From Candidatus Saccharimonadota bacterium (GTDB lineage: Bacteria; Patescibacteriota; Saccharimonadia; Saccharimonadales; Saccharimonadaceae), in assembly GCA_049296095.1 (NCBI GenBank), contig JBAQRV010000001.1:450001-482000 (forward strand): a DNA stretch of 32,000 nt. Reading direction: 5' to 3'. Under the pieces are notes generated by a model that saw nothing but the letters and a program-made list of their open reading frames with translations, did not search any database and was not told the DNA's origin. The position numbers and the translations under genes are program-made. This document shows, in pieces, positions 1 to 8,586 of this stretch (within the stretch, counting starts at the first letter, position 1; each line of letters opens with the position of its first letter).

Positions 1-1457
1 GCGACATCGGCCTGGGTTTTCGGCAATAGATGCCCGACCGTCGCCATAATGTTCTGCGTTTCTATTGGCGATGACTGATAGGTTTCGTGTTTTGGACTGA
101 CTCGACGCACCAATCGCTGACCAATAATTGTGTTCACGGTACTCGCAATCAAAAATGGTTCGACGTTCATATCAAGGAGACGCGGCAACACCCCCGCAGC
201 AGAGTTTGTGTGAAGCGTACTAAAGACTAGGTGGCCCGTCAGGGCTGCCTGCACCGCCAAGGCGGCCGTTTCGGCATCACGAATCTCCCCCACCATCACG
301 ACGTCAGGATCCTGACGCAAGATGGATCGCAGACCGTTAGCAAAGGTCAAACCAACATCAGCATTAACCTGGATCTGGTTTACGCCCTCCATCTTGTACT
401 CGACAGGGTCTTCAAGCGTCACAATATTGACCGTATCGTTCTTAATTTCTTTAATCAAAGCATAAAGACTAGTCGACTTACCTGATCCAGTTGGCCCAGA
501 GGTCAGCACCATACCGTTCGGACGTTTCACTCCACGGCGAATCACCCGTAGCGCCCGTCCAGCATAGCCCATTTCTTCAATATCGAACGAATTTCCTGTT
601 TTGTCGAGCAATCGAATCACGATCTGCTCACCCCATACCACTGGGCTAATAGCAATACGAAGGTCTACCTCTTTTCCAGCAATCTTCACCGTGAACTGAC
701 CGTCTTGTGGCACGCGATGTTCGTCAATCTTTAGGTTGGCAAGAATCTTCACGCGACTAACAAGCGCTGGTTCAATGCTCTTTGGTAGCTGCATGACCTC
801 GCGTAACACACCATCAACACGACAACGAATCTTGAGGGCATTCTCGAGCGGTTCGACATGAATATCACTGGCACGAGACTTAATAGCATATTCCAGGATC
901 TTACTGAGCGCCTGCGAAATCGGTGAATCTTGAACGATCGTCTTTACATCACTGGCTTCGTCGGCCTTAGCCTCTTCTTGTGACACCTCGGCAGCCTTGT
1001 CGACACTCGAGAGGTCGGTACGATATTGGTCGAGGACGTGACGCACACCGGCTTCTGAGGCCATAAATACCTTCAATGGCCGTTGGATACGATTCGCCAA
1101 GTAGTCCACTGCCTGGACGTTATTGGCATCGATCATGGCAACGGCCAGACGATTTTGAACCTCTGCCAGAGGAACAGCCATGAAACGTTCGGCAATGTCT
1201 TCGGGCAGCAACGCCAAGATATTCTGATCAATAATTGTGTTCGTCAGATTGACATAAGGGACACCAGACACCTGGGCAATCGCATGGGTTAATAATTCAT
1301 CATCAACTATGTTCTGATCGGTCAACAGGCTGAACAGTGGCTTGTTAGTCTTAACAGCTGTATCTTCCGCCAATTTTAAGACGTCGCTTGCCACCAAACC
1401 TTCATCGACCAGTAGTTTGACTAATTTTCCCTGGATATCATCGGTCAAGAGTGCCAT
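1..1457 (-). CDS. pilB: Type IV pilus assembly ATPase PilB (GspE/PilB family); C-terminal part lies beyond the left window edge
   Basis: Not in the ORF track because there is no in-window stop. Hand translation of the minus strand from ATG 1457-1455 gives MALLTDDIQGKLVKLLVDEGLVASDVLKLAEDTAVKTNKPLFSLLTDQ (T2SS-E N-terminal type domain). Further in it gives RPNGMVLTSGPTGSGKSTSLYALIKEI (Walker A) and LRQDPDVVMVGEIRDAETAALAVQAALTGHLVFSTLHTN (Asp and His boxes). AAGGGG lies 9 nt upstream of the ATG. It is the last visible gene of the pilM-N-O string. Confidence 0.9.
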   Translation of the reverse strand, partial: MALLTDDIQGKLVKLLVDEGLVASDVLKLAEDTAVKTNKPLFSLLTDQNIVDDELLTHAIAQVSGVPYVNLTNTIIDQNILALLPEDIAERFMAVPLAEVQNRLAVAMIDANNVQAVDYLANRIQRPLKVFMASEAGVRHVLDQYRTDLSSVDKAAEVSQEEAKADEASDVKTIVQDSPISQALSKILEYAIKSRASDIHVEPLENALKIRCRVDGVLREVMQLPKSIEPALVSRVKILANLKIDEHRVPQDGQFTVKIAGKEVDLRIAISPVVWGEQIVIRLLDKTGNSFDIEEMGYAGRALRVIRRGVKRPNGMVLTSGPTGSGKSTSLYALIKEIKNDTVNIVTLEDPVEYKMEGVNQIQVNADVGLTFANGLRSILRQDPDVVMVGEIRDAETAALAVQAALTGHLVFSTLHTNSAAGVLPRLLDMNVEPFLIASTVNTIIGQRLVRRVSPKHETYQSSPIETQNIMATVGHLLPKTQADV

Positions 1458-1470
1458 TGCGAGAAGCCCC

Positions 1471-1695
1471 TTACTGACTGCCCGAGCCGACTTGTACTTC
1501 GACTGCTGGGTTAATCGCATTTTCATTAAAGATGGCTGGGTCAGGCTCGACAATGTCGGCATTAATCTTCTCAACGGTTTTCACCTTTACACTTTCACTC
1601 TCAGCCCCACCAAAAATTGCTTGGGTGGCAAAGAATGAAACAAGGATGCTCACCGAGGCGATAAGGACAATCATTGCTATATCGGTCTTTTTCAT
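1471..1695 (-). CDS. Small bitopic membrane protein of the pilus operon (unassigned function)
   Basis: ORF 1471..1698 begins GTG-ATG. The ATG at 1695 shares its A with the TGA of the upstream pilO-like gene (TGATG) and is preceded by AAGGTGG. One N-terminal TM helix (IAMIVLIASVSILVSFFATQAIF) is followed by an acidic ~45-aa tail. The stop is 13 nt before the pilB ATG. Confidence 0.6.
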   Translation of the reverse strand: MKKTDIAMIVLIASVSILVSFFATQAIFGGAESESVKVKTVEKINADIVEPDPAIFNENAINPAVEVQVGSGSQ

Positions 1696-2387
1696 CACTG
1701 CACCACCTTATCAGTTAACTCAATCGTTTTGGCCGGCTCATAAAAGGCCCGAGCCTGAACCGACATAAGTTGCTTGTTACCCTGACTCTCAATTCTGAGC
1801 GACAGAATATCAATCGCACGAATCGAACGCTCGAGATTAGTCAGTACTTGCTTCAAGGCCTCTGGACTGCCGTTGACTGAGAATTGGAAAGTAATCTGAT
1901 TGCCAGACACACCAGCTGAAGCATCCTGCTCGTTCGCATTGATGTCAGACAAGGATTCAACCCCAACGACAGGGTCAACTTGCAATGATTCAATCGTAAG
2001 CCCTGGGATACCTGCTAATAGTTTGTTCTGGAGTGATGCACCGAGTGCCAGCGAGTTCGCATCAGCCGGTAAAGCATCGAGGATTACCTGAATGGTCTGA
2101 TCGTCATCACTCGCGAGGACCGATTTAAGGGCAGTGTTCGTGTCGAGAACGCGAACCTGAGTCTCTAGCTCGGGAATAACCTCGTTGTTGCTCTTGAGAA
2201 TTGCGACAGTTTTTTCTTTTTCGGCTAATACTCGTTCGTTATAGATCAATTTTTGACCGAGGAAATAAGCGACGACCAAAGCACAGCCAACAATCACCGA
2301 ACCAGCCGCAATCCACAGGAACATAGTACGATTTGCCTTGGCAATTTGAGTACGCTTGCGAAGTGCTGCATTATTAGTTGGTTGCAT
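1695..2387 (-). CDS. pilO: PilO-like type IV pilus alignment-complex protein
   Basis: 230 aa with a short basic N-terminus, one TM helix (MFLWIAAGSVIVGCALVVAYFL), a coiled-coil-like stretch and a globular C-terminus, which is PilO architecture. It sits directly after pilN with a 1-nt TAATG overlap. GGAGGA lies 9 nt upstream. Confidence 0.6.
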   Translation of the reverse strand: MQPTNNAALRKRTQIAKANRTMFLWIAAGSVIVGCALVVAYFLGQKLIYNERVLAEKEKTVAILKSNNEVIPELETQVRVLDTNTALKSVLASDDDQTIQVILDALPADANSLALGASLQNKLLAGIPGLTIESLQVDPVVGVESLSDINANEQDASAGVSGNQITFQFSVNGSPEALKQVLTNLERSIRAIDILSLRIESQGNKQLMSVQARAFYEPAKTIELTDKVVQ

Positions 2388-3118
2388 TACTGCGTTCCTC
2401 CTGTCTGTTCGGTATCAACCGCTCGCGGTGCAAAGATACTTTTTGGAATCCCTAGGTATGAGTCGGTGACGTTACCCTCATTAATCAACTTGATCACAAT
2501 TGCTGGGACAGTTGGAGAAAAGAGCTCTTGAGCGTAATTAAATCGCAAGGTAAAACGCAATACCTTTGCGCCCGTCGTATCCTCGCCATAGCTAATATCA
2601 GAAGTACTGATGTTTGAAGCAAGTTTTACTTCCTTACTCTCATCATCCTCTGTATAGGTAATGACAGCACCATCGACAGTCTTCTTAAACACCTCGAGTA
2701 CGTCGTATGCACGGGTCTGACCTTCGAGCGATATTTGTGACAACTCAGCATCGATTAACAGATTTGATATCTGAACATCATTCGGTGCCGGCGGAATAAC
2801 TGCCGATAATACATCAAAGATGCGTGAATCAATTTTTTTCTGATCATTCAATTCAGAGATCATCGATAACTGGTTCTGAATCGTCAGCACCTTAGAAAGA
2901 TCCTCGACACTTGCCAGCTGTTCGCTCCCTTTTTTGATATTATCATCAGCCAAGGCACTGCGTACCGTTTGAACACCAAAGACATAAGCAGCCAAAAGCG
3001 CGACAACCGCCAGTGCAATAATACCTGTGAGGATCGAGAAAGAAATCACGACTGAACGAACCCGCTCAGCTTTGATCAGCTCTTGCTTGACGTCAGGGAT
3101 AAGGTTGATTTCAATCAT
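2387..3118 (-). CDS. pilN: PilN type IV pilus alignment-complex protein
   Basis: N-terminus MIEINLIPDVKQELIKAERVR matches the conserved PilN INLLP motif that binds PilM, followed by one TM helix. ATGA overlap with the pilM stop. AAGGAA Shine-Dalgarno upstream. Confidence 0.8.
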   Translation of the reverse strand: MIEINLIPDVKQELIKAERVRSVVISFSILTGIIALAVVALLAAYVFGVQTVRSALADDNIKKGSEQLASVEDLSKVLTIQNQLSMISELNDQKKIDSRIFDVLSAVIPPAPNDVQISNLLIDAELSQISLEGQTRAYDVLEVFKKTVDGAVITYTEDDESKEVKLASNISTSDISYGEDTTGAKVLRFTLRFNYAQELFSPTVPAIVIKLINEGNVTDSYLGIPKSIFAPRAVDTEQTGGTQ

Positions 3119-4161
3119 AGCTTGTTCCTTCGCTCGGCCAAACCAATCACAGTCGCAAACTCAGAAGCGATTGTCATCAATTGCTGCTGGTCAGTCTGCG
3201 AGACGCTCACCTTTTGCCATGGATTAGCAATTGAAGACGGAATACCGGTCTTTGCGGTCACGTAGTCACCGAACTGTGGGACGATTGCACTGTAGCCAGA
3301 CAACAGAATGCCTCCAACTGGCGTATTCGGGTAGCGCGTCTGGAAGAACTTGATCGACTTTGTCAGCTCGACCGCAAAGTTATCAAGCGTTGATTCAATC
3401 GCGCGGTAAACTTGACCTTCCAAACGATCTGGTGCGAGACCAAATTTCAAAATGAACTGTCGGGCCTGGTCTTCTTGAACGTTTAAGTTCTGGACCGCTG
3501 CTTTAATCAGTGAGCGAATACCGGTTGGAATCGTACGAACTAAGCGCGGCGTGTCGCCAAAGGTAATTGCCAGATCAGTCGACATTTCACCGACATCGAT
3601 AATCAAACGTGCATCAGGAATACCCGATGGAAGCAACGAGCGAATCATAGCCAGTGGATCAGGTTCAGACGCAATCACATTCAAGCCCAGACCTTCGATG
3701 AACTCCAGTCGCTCTTCGGCGTAGCTATTGGCTGTACTGGCAATCAAGACCTCCTGCATCTTTGGATCATGCAAAGAAGTGCCAAGTAGTGCCCAATCTA
3801 CCTTGGCTTCATTGACTGCCATCGGAATGTATTGATCAACCTGATACTTGATAGTGCTCTTTAGTTCGGTCTCTGGCATGATTGGCACCTCAATCACTGT
3901 CGTAAACGTCTTACTCGAAGGCAGCCCAATCACAACGTTTCTTGTTTTAATGCCACTCTGCCCTACTGCAGTCATGATCACCTCGCCGAGACGGCGAAGA
4001 CTTTCAGGCGAAGAACTGTTAGCAGTCTTCTCGTCTAGAGGGGCGTACCCAAAGTGTTCCAGGCTCCAACTGTCAGGACCCGTTGAAGAAAGCTGTACCA
4101 CTCGCACAGCATTCGTTCCTATATCTAGAGCAAAGAAGTCGCCCACGCCACGTAATGCCAT
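3115..4161 (-). CDS. pilM: PilM, actin-like ATPase of the type IV pilus alignment complex
   Basis: FFALDIGTNAVRVVQLSSTG at the N-terminus, DVGEMSTDLAI and an overall actin/FtsA-like pattern. The longest ORF (to 4290) would overlap the upstream gene by 76 nt and adds a non-conserved leader. Internal starts at 4173 (MIGNMALRG) or 4161 (MALRG) are more likely. 4161 was chosen because TATAAT (4172-4177) lies 10 nt upstream of it. The start is uncertain by about 12 nt. Confidence 0.85.
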   Translation of the reverse strand: MALRGVGDFFALDIGTNAVRVVQLSSTGPDSWSLEHFGYAPLDEKTANSSSPESLRRLGEVIMTAVGQSGIKTRNVVIGLPSSKTFTTVIEVPIMPETELKSTIKYQVDQYIPMAVNEAKVDWALLGTSLHDPKMQEVLIASTANSYAEERLEFIEGLGLNVIASEPDPLAMIRSLLPSGIPDARLIIDVGEMSTDLAITFGDTPRLVRTIPTGIRSLIKAAVQNLNVQEDQARQFILKFGLAPDRLEGQVYRAIESTLDNFAVELTKSIKFFQTRYPNTPVGGILLSGYSAIVPQFGDYVTAKTGIPSSIANPWQKVSVSQTDQQQLMTIASEFATVIGLAERRNKL

Positions 4162-4214
4162 ATTGCCTATCATTATACCGAAAGCATAAGCGTAAAAGCA
4201 AGGTGATTTACTAC

Positions 4215-6137
4215 TTAAAAACGAGGAGGAAGCTCGGTGGTCATAATCGTCTGTAAACGTCCTGCCGTCGCCGAGTAAGCTGTTGCCCACAAATAAGCGT
4301 CAGGGCGAAGGTTGAATACCTCGGCTGGCGCGCCGCTACTTGCCCCTGTACCCGAGCCAGCCGTGCGGTACAGATAAAGATGCCGTGCCATAACTGGGCC
4401 ATTAACGGTCAATCGATTACTACAGTTGCCCGCATTCAATTGCGTGACATTCGCAACATCAGTACAAGTGACGATATTTCCCGTCGTTCCTGAAGCAATC
4501 AGCCAAGCATCGACTTGGGTGACATCGCCTTCAATCCGTATCTGATCAGCAATAATCACCACCTGAGGAATATTATCAATAGTTGTCAGCGTCTCACCGG
4601 TGTAGACGATATTGTCACGAATGATCACCGTTGCAGTTGGTGCATTAATAATCACCCACTTACCCTTACCAATAGGGCCGCTACTCGTCAAGGACACTGT
4701 TCCGGTAGCCGAATACACATCACTCTGAGCCGCCGCGACATTCCATGTAGGATTTGCTCCTAGAGGAGTGCGAGCAATCAGTCGCGAGCTGATGTCTGGA
4801 AGCTGTTGCTGTGTTCTATAGCCACCTTTTGGTGTACTCGCATTACAGGTCGTATTAGTGCCCGTATTCGTGAAGCTCAAGAAGCTCACATCACAAAAAG
4901 CACTAGTTGCAGTCGAGCCGCCACTGTAGCCTGCTCCAGACGCCATGCCTGCGATCGAACCTGAAACAACCAGCCCATACTCACCCCAGCTTCCAAAAAT
5001 GCGACTTTCACTGCTAATTGTTTTTGTAGAAGTCGAGGTTTGGACATTCGACACTCCACCCTTGCCAACCCACAGGTCACCACCCAGGACCTGAACCTTT
5101 GGTTTTTTGGCGATGGTCACACAGAACGGCGTACTATGTCGCCAATTCCCATTGCTCTGCGTGGCGGGCTGCACCGAAAGCGCATAACATATCCTCGTGC
5201 CGACAGGGTAGTCACCCAGCGTCTGAGGCCCAACCGGCAACGGCGGACTCACCCCTCTCTGGAAAACTCCCGTGCCGTTAGCAATAGAGGTTGCGCCGTT
5301 GCCATAATGTGCTTGTGGCGTACTGCCATTCTCGCCAGCACCTGGAACAGGTAGCCCAGGGTTGACGCGGAAGGTATTCACCTGCCACTGAGCGTTGGTA
5401 CTAGCGGTTGCACCAGTGTTATTGACTGTTGGGGTTAGGTTGACCGTACTACCACCACCTTCGCTAATCGAAGAACTGTTACTGGTAATTGATGGGTTGA
5501 GGTTGAAATCAACCGATGGTGGACCTGAATAATCACCGACAGGATTCATACAACGGGTATCGACGATATAGACGATACTGCCATTTACCCTAAAGACAAC
5601 AGCCGTATACGTATTGTTGCAATTTGGCTCAAAATACTGATTTACGTCTTCTCGATTAAAACTTATCGCCGAGCCCAGACAACCGTTTGCATTGTATTGC
5701 CTTGCTTCAACACTCATTGTAGTAGTTCTGACGCGTCGATCGAACTCAGCCCAATCGGCCGCTGAAATACGTTCCCATTTCTTACCAGCATTATACTGCA
5801 CACCACGCCCTAGCATGGTATGAACAACGTAGCGAGCACCGATAGCATCAAGTCCGTAACAGTTATATGCATTGTAAGGTCGGCTCTCGGCTTCACGTAC
5901 TGCGTTAATAAAGTTGTTATGGCTCGCACCACCATGATAGCCATCGCTTTTAATGTTACATTCGTTGTAACCTAGGTACCGCGGACTTGCTCCTGAAAAA
6001 TAATCGGTACCACGGTGGAAAATCGCTGCGGCTTCCTGATCGTTCAATAGAGGCCCAACAATAGTCGCCAATAACAAAATAAGAATAATGGCAATACGGC
6101 GAGAGACCAGAATAAAACGTTGGTGCACCTTACCCAT
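4215..6137 (-). CDS. Large secreted Cys-rich, beta-rich protein of unknown family, encoded inside the pilus operon
   Basis: 654-aa ORF. The likely start is ATG 6137 (MGKVHQRF), overlapping the upstream stop as ATGGGTAA with GAGG about 9 nt upstream. Sec-type signal or anchor RRIAIILILLLATIVGPLL. 11 Cys. Gly/Thr/Ser/Asn-rich and poor in Lys/Glu. The C-terminal part has short alternating beta-like repeats (WVIINAPTATVIIRDNIVYTG, VVIIADQIRIEGDVTQVDAWLIASG) and ends ELPPRF. I recognise no family motif. Confidence 0.75.
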   Translation of the reverse strand: MGKVHQRFILVSRRIAIILILLLATIVGPLLNDQEAAAIFHRGTDYFSGASPRYLGYNECNIKSDGYHGGASHNNFINAVREAESRPYNAYNCYGLDAIGARYVVHTMLGRGVQYNAGKKWERISAADWAEFDRRVRTTTMSVEARQYNANGCLGSAISFNREDVNQYFEPNCNNTYTAVVFRVNGSIVYIVDTRCMNPVGDYSGPPSVDFNLNPSITSNSSSISEGGGSTVNLTPTVNNTGATASTNAQWQVNTFRVNPGLPVPGAGENGSTPQAHYGNGATSIANGTGVFQRGVSPPLPVGPQTLGDYPVGTRICYALSVQPATQSNGNWRHSTPFCVTIAKKPKVQVLGGDLWVGKGGVSNVQTSTSTKTISSESRIFGSWGEYGLVVSGSIAGMASGAGYSGGSTATSAFCDVSFLSFTNTGTNTTCNASTPKGGYRTQQQLPDISSRLIARTPLGANPTWNVAAAQSDVYSATGTVSLTSSGPIGKGKWVIINAPTATVIIRDNIVYTGETLTTIDNIPQVVIIADQIRIEGDVTQVDAWLIASGTTGNIVTCTDVANVTQLNAGNCSNRLTVNGPVMARHLYLYRTAGSGTGASSGAPAEVFNLRPDAYLWATAYSATAGRLQTIMTTELPPRF

Positions 6138-6699
6138 TCTGTAATGCCTCGATCTTACTCGTATAATATGCGCCATCACCCAGACCCTCGCGTGTCACGT
6201 CCGGATTTTCACTCAAGAATTGGGCGGTTTCTTGTGCATCCCTATCGCGGGCTAGCTCATAGTAACGAATCGCATTGGCAATATCACCCTTTGTCTCGTA
6301 AAGATAGGCGACAAAGGCGGCCGTGCTCGCAGTCGGTGCTGCCTGATCGGCTTGTAGTGCATATTCGAGTGCAGTGTCGGTTCCCGCATTTGGATCAGAC
6401 GAAGCTATCACTGCTTTGGTACTATAAAGTTCCGATTTTACTTCTCCACTTGTAGTATTCTCAATTTCTTTGTTGAGCAAACTATATGCCTCTTTGGTAT
6501 TACCTTCAGCGGCTAGTGTTTGAGCCTTTTGTGATGTTGCATTTATGACCGGTGCCTCTGTTTCCGGCTGAGTTTGACTCGCCTGTTCGACAGTGTCCTT
6601 CGGACGAAGCAAAACATAAGCCGTCACCGTACCAGCCGCGATTAATATAATGGCAATGATCACTATCAATATAGTCTTCTTCGATCGCAGTCCAGCCAC
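6130..6699 (-). CDS. N-terminally membrane-anchored TPR-like protein, first gene of the pilus operon
   Basis: GTG start at 6699. TM helix TILIVIIAIILIAAGTVTAYVLL. The C-terminal half has a TPR-like signature (AFVAYLYETKGDIANAIRYYELARDRD; EAYSLLNKEIE). A promoter-like TTGCCA-17-TATACT lies upstream. Confidence 0.65.
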   Translation of the reverse strand: MAGLRSKKTILIVIIAIILIAAGTVTAYVLLRPKDTVEQASQTQPETEAPVINATSQKAQTLAAEGNTKEAYSLLNKEIENTTSGEVKSELYSTKAVIASSDPNAGTDTALEYALQADQAAPTASTAAFVAYLYETKGDIANAIRYYELARDRDAQETAQFLSENPDVTREGLGDGAYYTSKIEALQNG

Positions 6700-6746
6700 C
6701 CTTACTTATCCCTTCTGCTATTTTCAATCATAAGCGTCATACAGCC

Positions 6747-6775
6747 AGTATATTCTAGGGATAGAGGTCTGGCAA
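6747..6775 (-). promoter_or_regulatory. Candidate sigma-70-type promoter of the pilus-associated operon
   Basis: Read on the minus strand: TTGCCA (6775-6770), a 17-nt spacer, then TATACT (6752-6747). It lies about 48 nt upstream of the GTG at 6699. Confidence 0.5.
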
Positions 6776-6781
6776 CTGATC

Positions 6782-6790
6782 TGATACAAT
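6782..6790 (+). promoter_or_regulatory. Candidate extended -10 promoter of ychF
   Basis: TGaTACAAT at 6782-6790, only 10 nt before the ychF ATG (6801). No good -35. Confidence 0.4.
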
Positions 6791-6800
6791 TACTAGAGGT

Positions 6801-7886
6801 ATGTCACTTTCTATTGGAATTATCGGCCTTCCAAACGTCGGGAAATCGACGCTTTTTAATGCACTCACCGATAATAATATCCTAGCCGCTAACTACCCCT
6901 TCGCGACGATTGAGCCGAATACTGGTATTATTGCCGTTCCTGATGAGCGCTTAGATGTATTACAAAAAATGTACGGCGCGCAGAAAGTTATTCCTGCCAC
7001 TGTCACCTTTGTTGATATCGCCGGGCTGGTCGCTGGTGCCAGTAAGGGCGAAGGCTTGGGCAATAAATTCCTCGCCAATATTCGCGAGTGTGATGCGATT
7101 GTCCATGTAGTGCGTGCCTTTGAGGATAGCGACGTTATTCACGTCTCTGATCAAATCAATCCCAAAAAAGATATTGAAACGATTAATACCGAATTAATCT
7201 TGGCTGACCTGCAAAGCATTGAACGCGCGCTGCCAAAGCTTGAAAAAGAACTAAAAAGCAACCCGGCCGCAGTTCGCGGTACGATCGAGGAATTAAAGAA
7301 ATTACAGACCGCCCTCGAGTCTGGCAAGCTCGCTTCAGAGGTCTACGATGTGAACACAGAAGTTATTCAAGAACTTCAACTCCTCAGTGCCAAGCCCGTT
7401 ATCTATGTCTTTAACGTTGATGAGATTACCCTCGGTGATGAGGACAAAAAGAAGTCTCTGGCCGAGCTTGTCTCCCCTGCCCAGAGCATCTTTATCTGCG
7501 CCAAGCTCGAAGAGGAATTACGAGGCCTTGCCGACGCTGATGCCCAGGAGTTATTGTCTGCCTATAACGTCGAAGAGTCTGGTCTATCCCAGCTGGCACG
7601 CGTCGCCTACAAGACGCTTGGCCTCCAAAGCTACCTCACTGCTGGTCCAAAGGAGATCCGCGCCTGGACGATTCGTGCAGGTTCGACTGCTCCCCAAGCC
7701 GCTGGGGTGATTCACACCGATTTTGAAAAAGGCTTTATCGCCGCCGCCATTGTTGATTTTGACGACTTAGTCGAGACTGGCAGCGAAGCGGGAGCAAAGG
7801 CCGCCGGCAAGCTACGCACCGAAGGCCGTGACTACGTGATGCGACCTGGAGATGTGGTTGAATTTCGCTTTAATGTCAGTAAATAA
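6801..7886 (+). CDS. ychF: Ribosome-binding ATPase YchF (Obg-like GTPase family)
   Basis: MSLSIGIIGLPNVGKSTLFNALT (G1 motif), ANYPFATIEPN, FVDIAGLV, and a C-terminal TGS-like end GDVVEFRFNV. Typical length at 361 aa. Confidence 0.95.
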   Translation: MSLSIGIIGLPNVGKSTLFNALTDNNILAANYPFATIEPNTGIIAVPDERLDVLQKMYGAQKVIPATVTFVDIAGLVAGASKGEGLGNKFLANIRECDAIVHVVRAFEDSDVIHVSDQINPKKDIETINTELILADLQSIERALPKLEKELKSNPAAVRGTIEELKKLQTALESGKLASEVYDVNTEVIQELQLLSAKPVIYVFNVDEITLGDEDKKKSLAELVSPAQSIFICAKLEEELRGLADADAQELLSAYNVEESGLSQLARVAYKTLGLQSYLTAGPKEIRAWTIRAGSTAPQAAGVIHTDFEKGFIAAAIVDFDDLVETGSEAGAKAAGKLRTEGRDYVMRPGDVVEFRFNVSK

Positions 7887-8584
7887 AACCGTTCTTGATT
7901 CCCCTTGGCACCGCTGACATCACTATCTCGCTTGTCTACCGTAAAGAAGTAGTCCTTCGTCCACTCCTCAAAATCTTTGAGGATCTGACGACGGACTGCA
8001 TCATTCTTGATAACGCCCTTGTGTGTCTGATCGCGGCCAGCTTCAAACTGTGGTTTCACCATGGCGACGATTTGAGTATCTTCGTCAGCCAGTTCTCGCG
8101 CGATATGCGGCAAAATCTCACGTAAGCTAACAAACGATACATCGATAACAACGATCTGCGGCTTTTCATTCATATGAAAGTCCCGGATGTCGGTTTTTTC
8201 GTGTAATTCAATCTGTGGGTGGTCATGAAGGCTCGGGTGGAGCTGGTCAGTTCCCACATCTATCGCATAGACTTTTTTGGCACCATTTTGCAGTGCGTAG
8301 TCCGTAAAACCGCCAGTACTACTGCCAACATCAAGGACGATTTTGTCGCGAAAATCGAGTTTCAGGATTTGCGCGACGCTGGCAAGTTTGAGGCCTGCAC
8401 GACTAACGTATTGATCGCGGACATTTAGTTTGATATCTGAGTTCGGGCGCACAAAATAACCAGGCTTTGTAATCACCTGGTTATCGACCGTTACTTTGCC
8501 TAGTTTGATCCAACTCTCAGCCTGAGATCTCGTTGGGGTGAGACCCAATCGAGTCAATTCAGCGTCGAGACGCTTCTTTTCCAC
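7832..8584 (-). CDS. tlyA: TlyA-family rRNA (cytidine-2'-O)-methyltransferase (S4 domain plus FtsJ-like methyltransferase)
   Basis: GTG start at 8584. RLDAELTRLGLTPTRSQAESWIKLGKVTVDNQ (S4-like), YVSRAGLKL and VLDVGSSTGGFTDYALQNGAKKVYAIDVG (SAM-binding motif). The 3' end overlaps ychF by 55 nt, convergently. Confidence 0.85.
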   Translation of the reverse strand: MEKKRLDAELTRLGLTPTRSQAESWIKLGKVTVDNQVITKPGYFVRPNSDIKLNVRDQYVSRAGLKLASVAQILKLDFRDKIVLDVGSSTGGFTDYALQNGAKKVYAIDVGTDQLHPSLHDHPQIELHEKTDIRDFHMNEKPQIVVIDVSFVSLREILPHIARELADEDTQIVAMVKPQFEAGRDQTHKGVIKNDAVRRQILKDFEEWTKDYFFTVDKRDSDVSGAKGNQERFYLLTLKRNSTTSPGRIT

Positions 8585-8586
8585 GA

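Noticed and set aside
231-1638. Plus-strand ORFs 231..485, 1083..1292 and 1342..1638
   Set aside because: They lie antisense to a continuous minus-strand reading frame with unmistakable PilB motifs (Walker A, Asp and His boxes). Their products have no motifs and a biased composition typical of shadow ORFs.
6700-6727. Tiny upstream ORF (ATGATTGAAAATAGCAGAAGGGATAAGTAA) and the 73-aa alternative-frame ORF 6506..6727 ahead of the TPR-like gene
   Set aside because: The 73-aa frame gives a Cys/His/Gly-rich product with no features, whereas the GTG-6699 frame gives a clean TM helix plus TPR-like domain. The 9-codon uORF has no support beyond existing.
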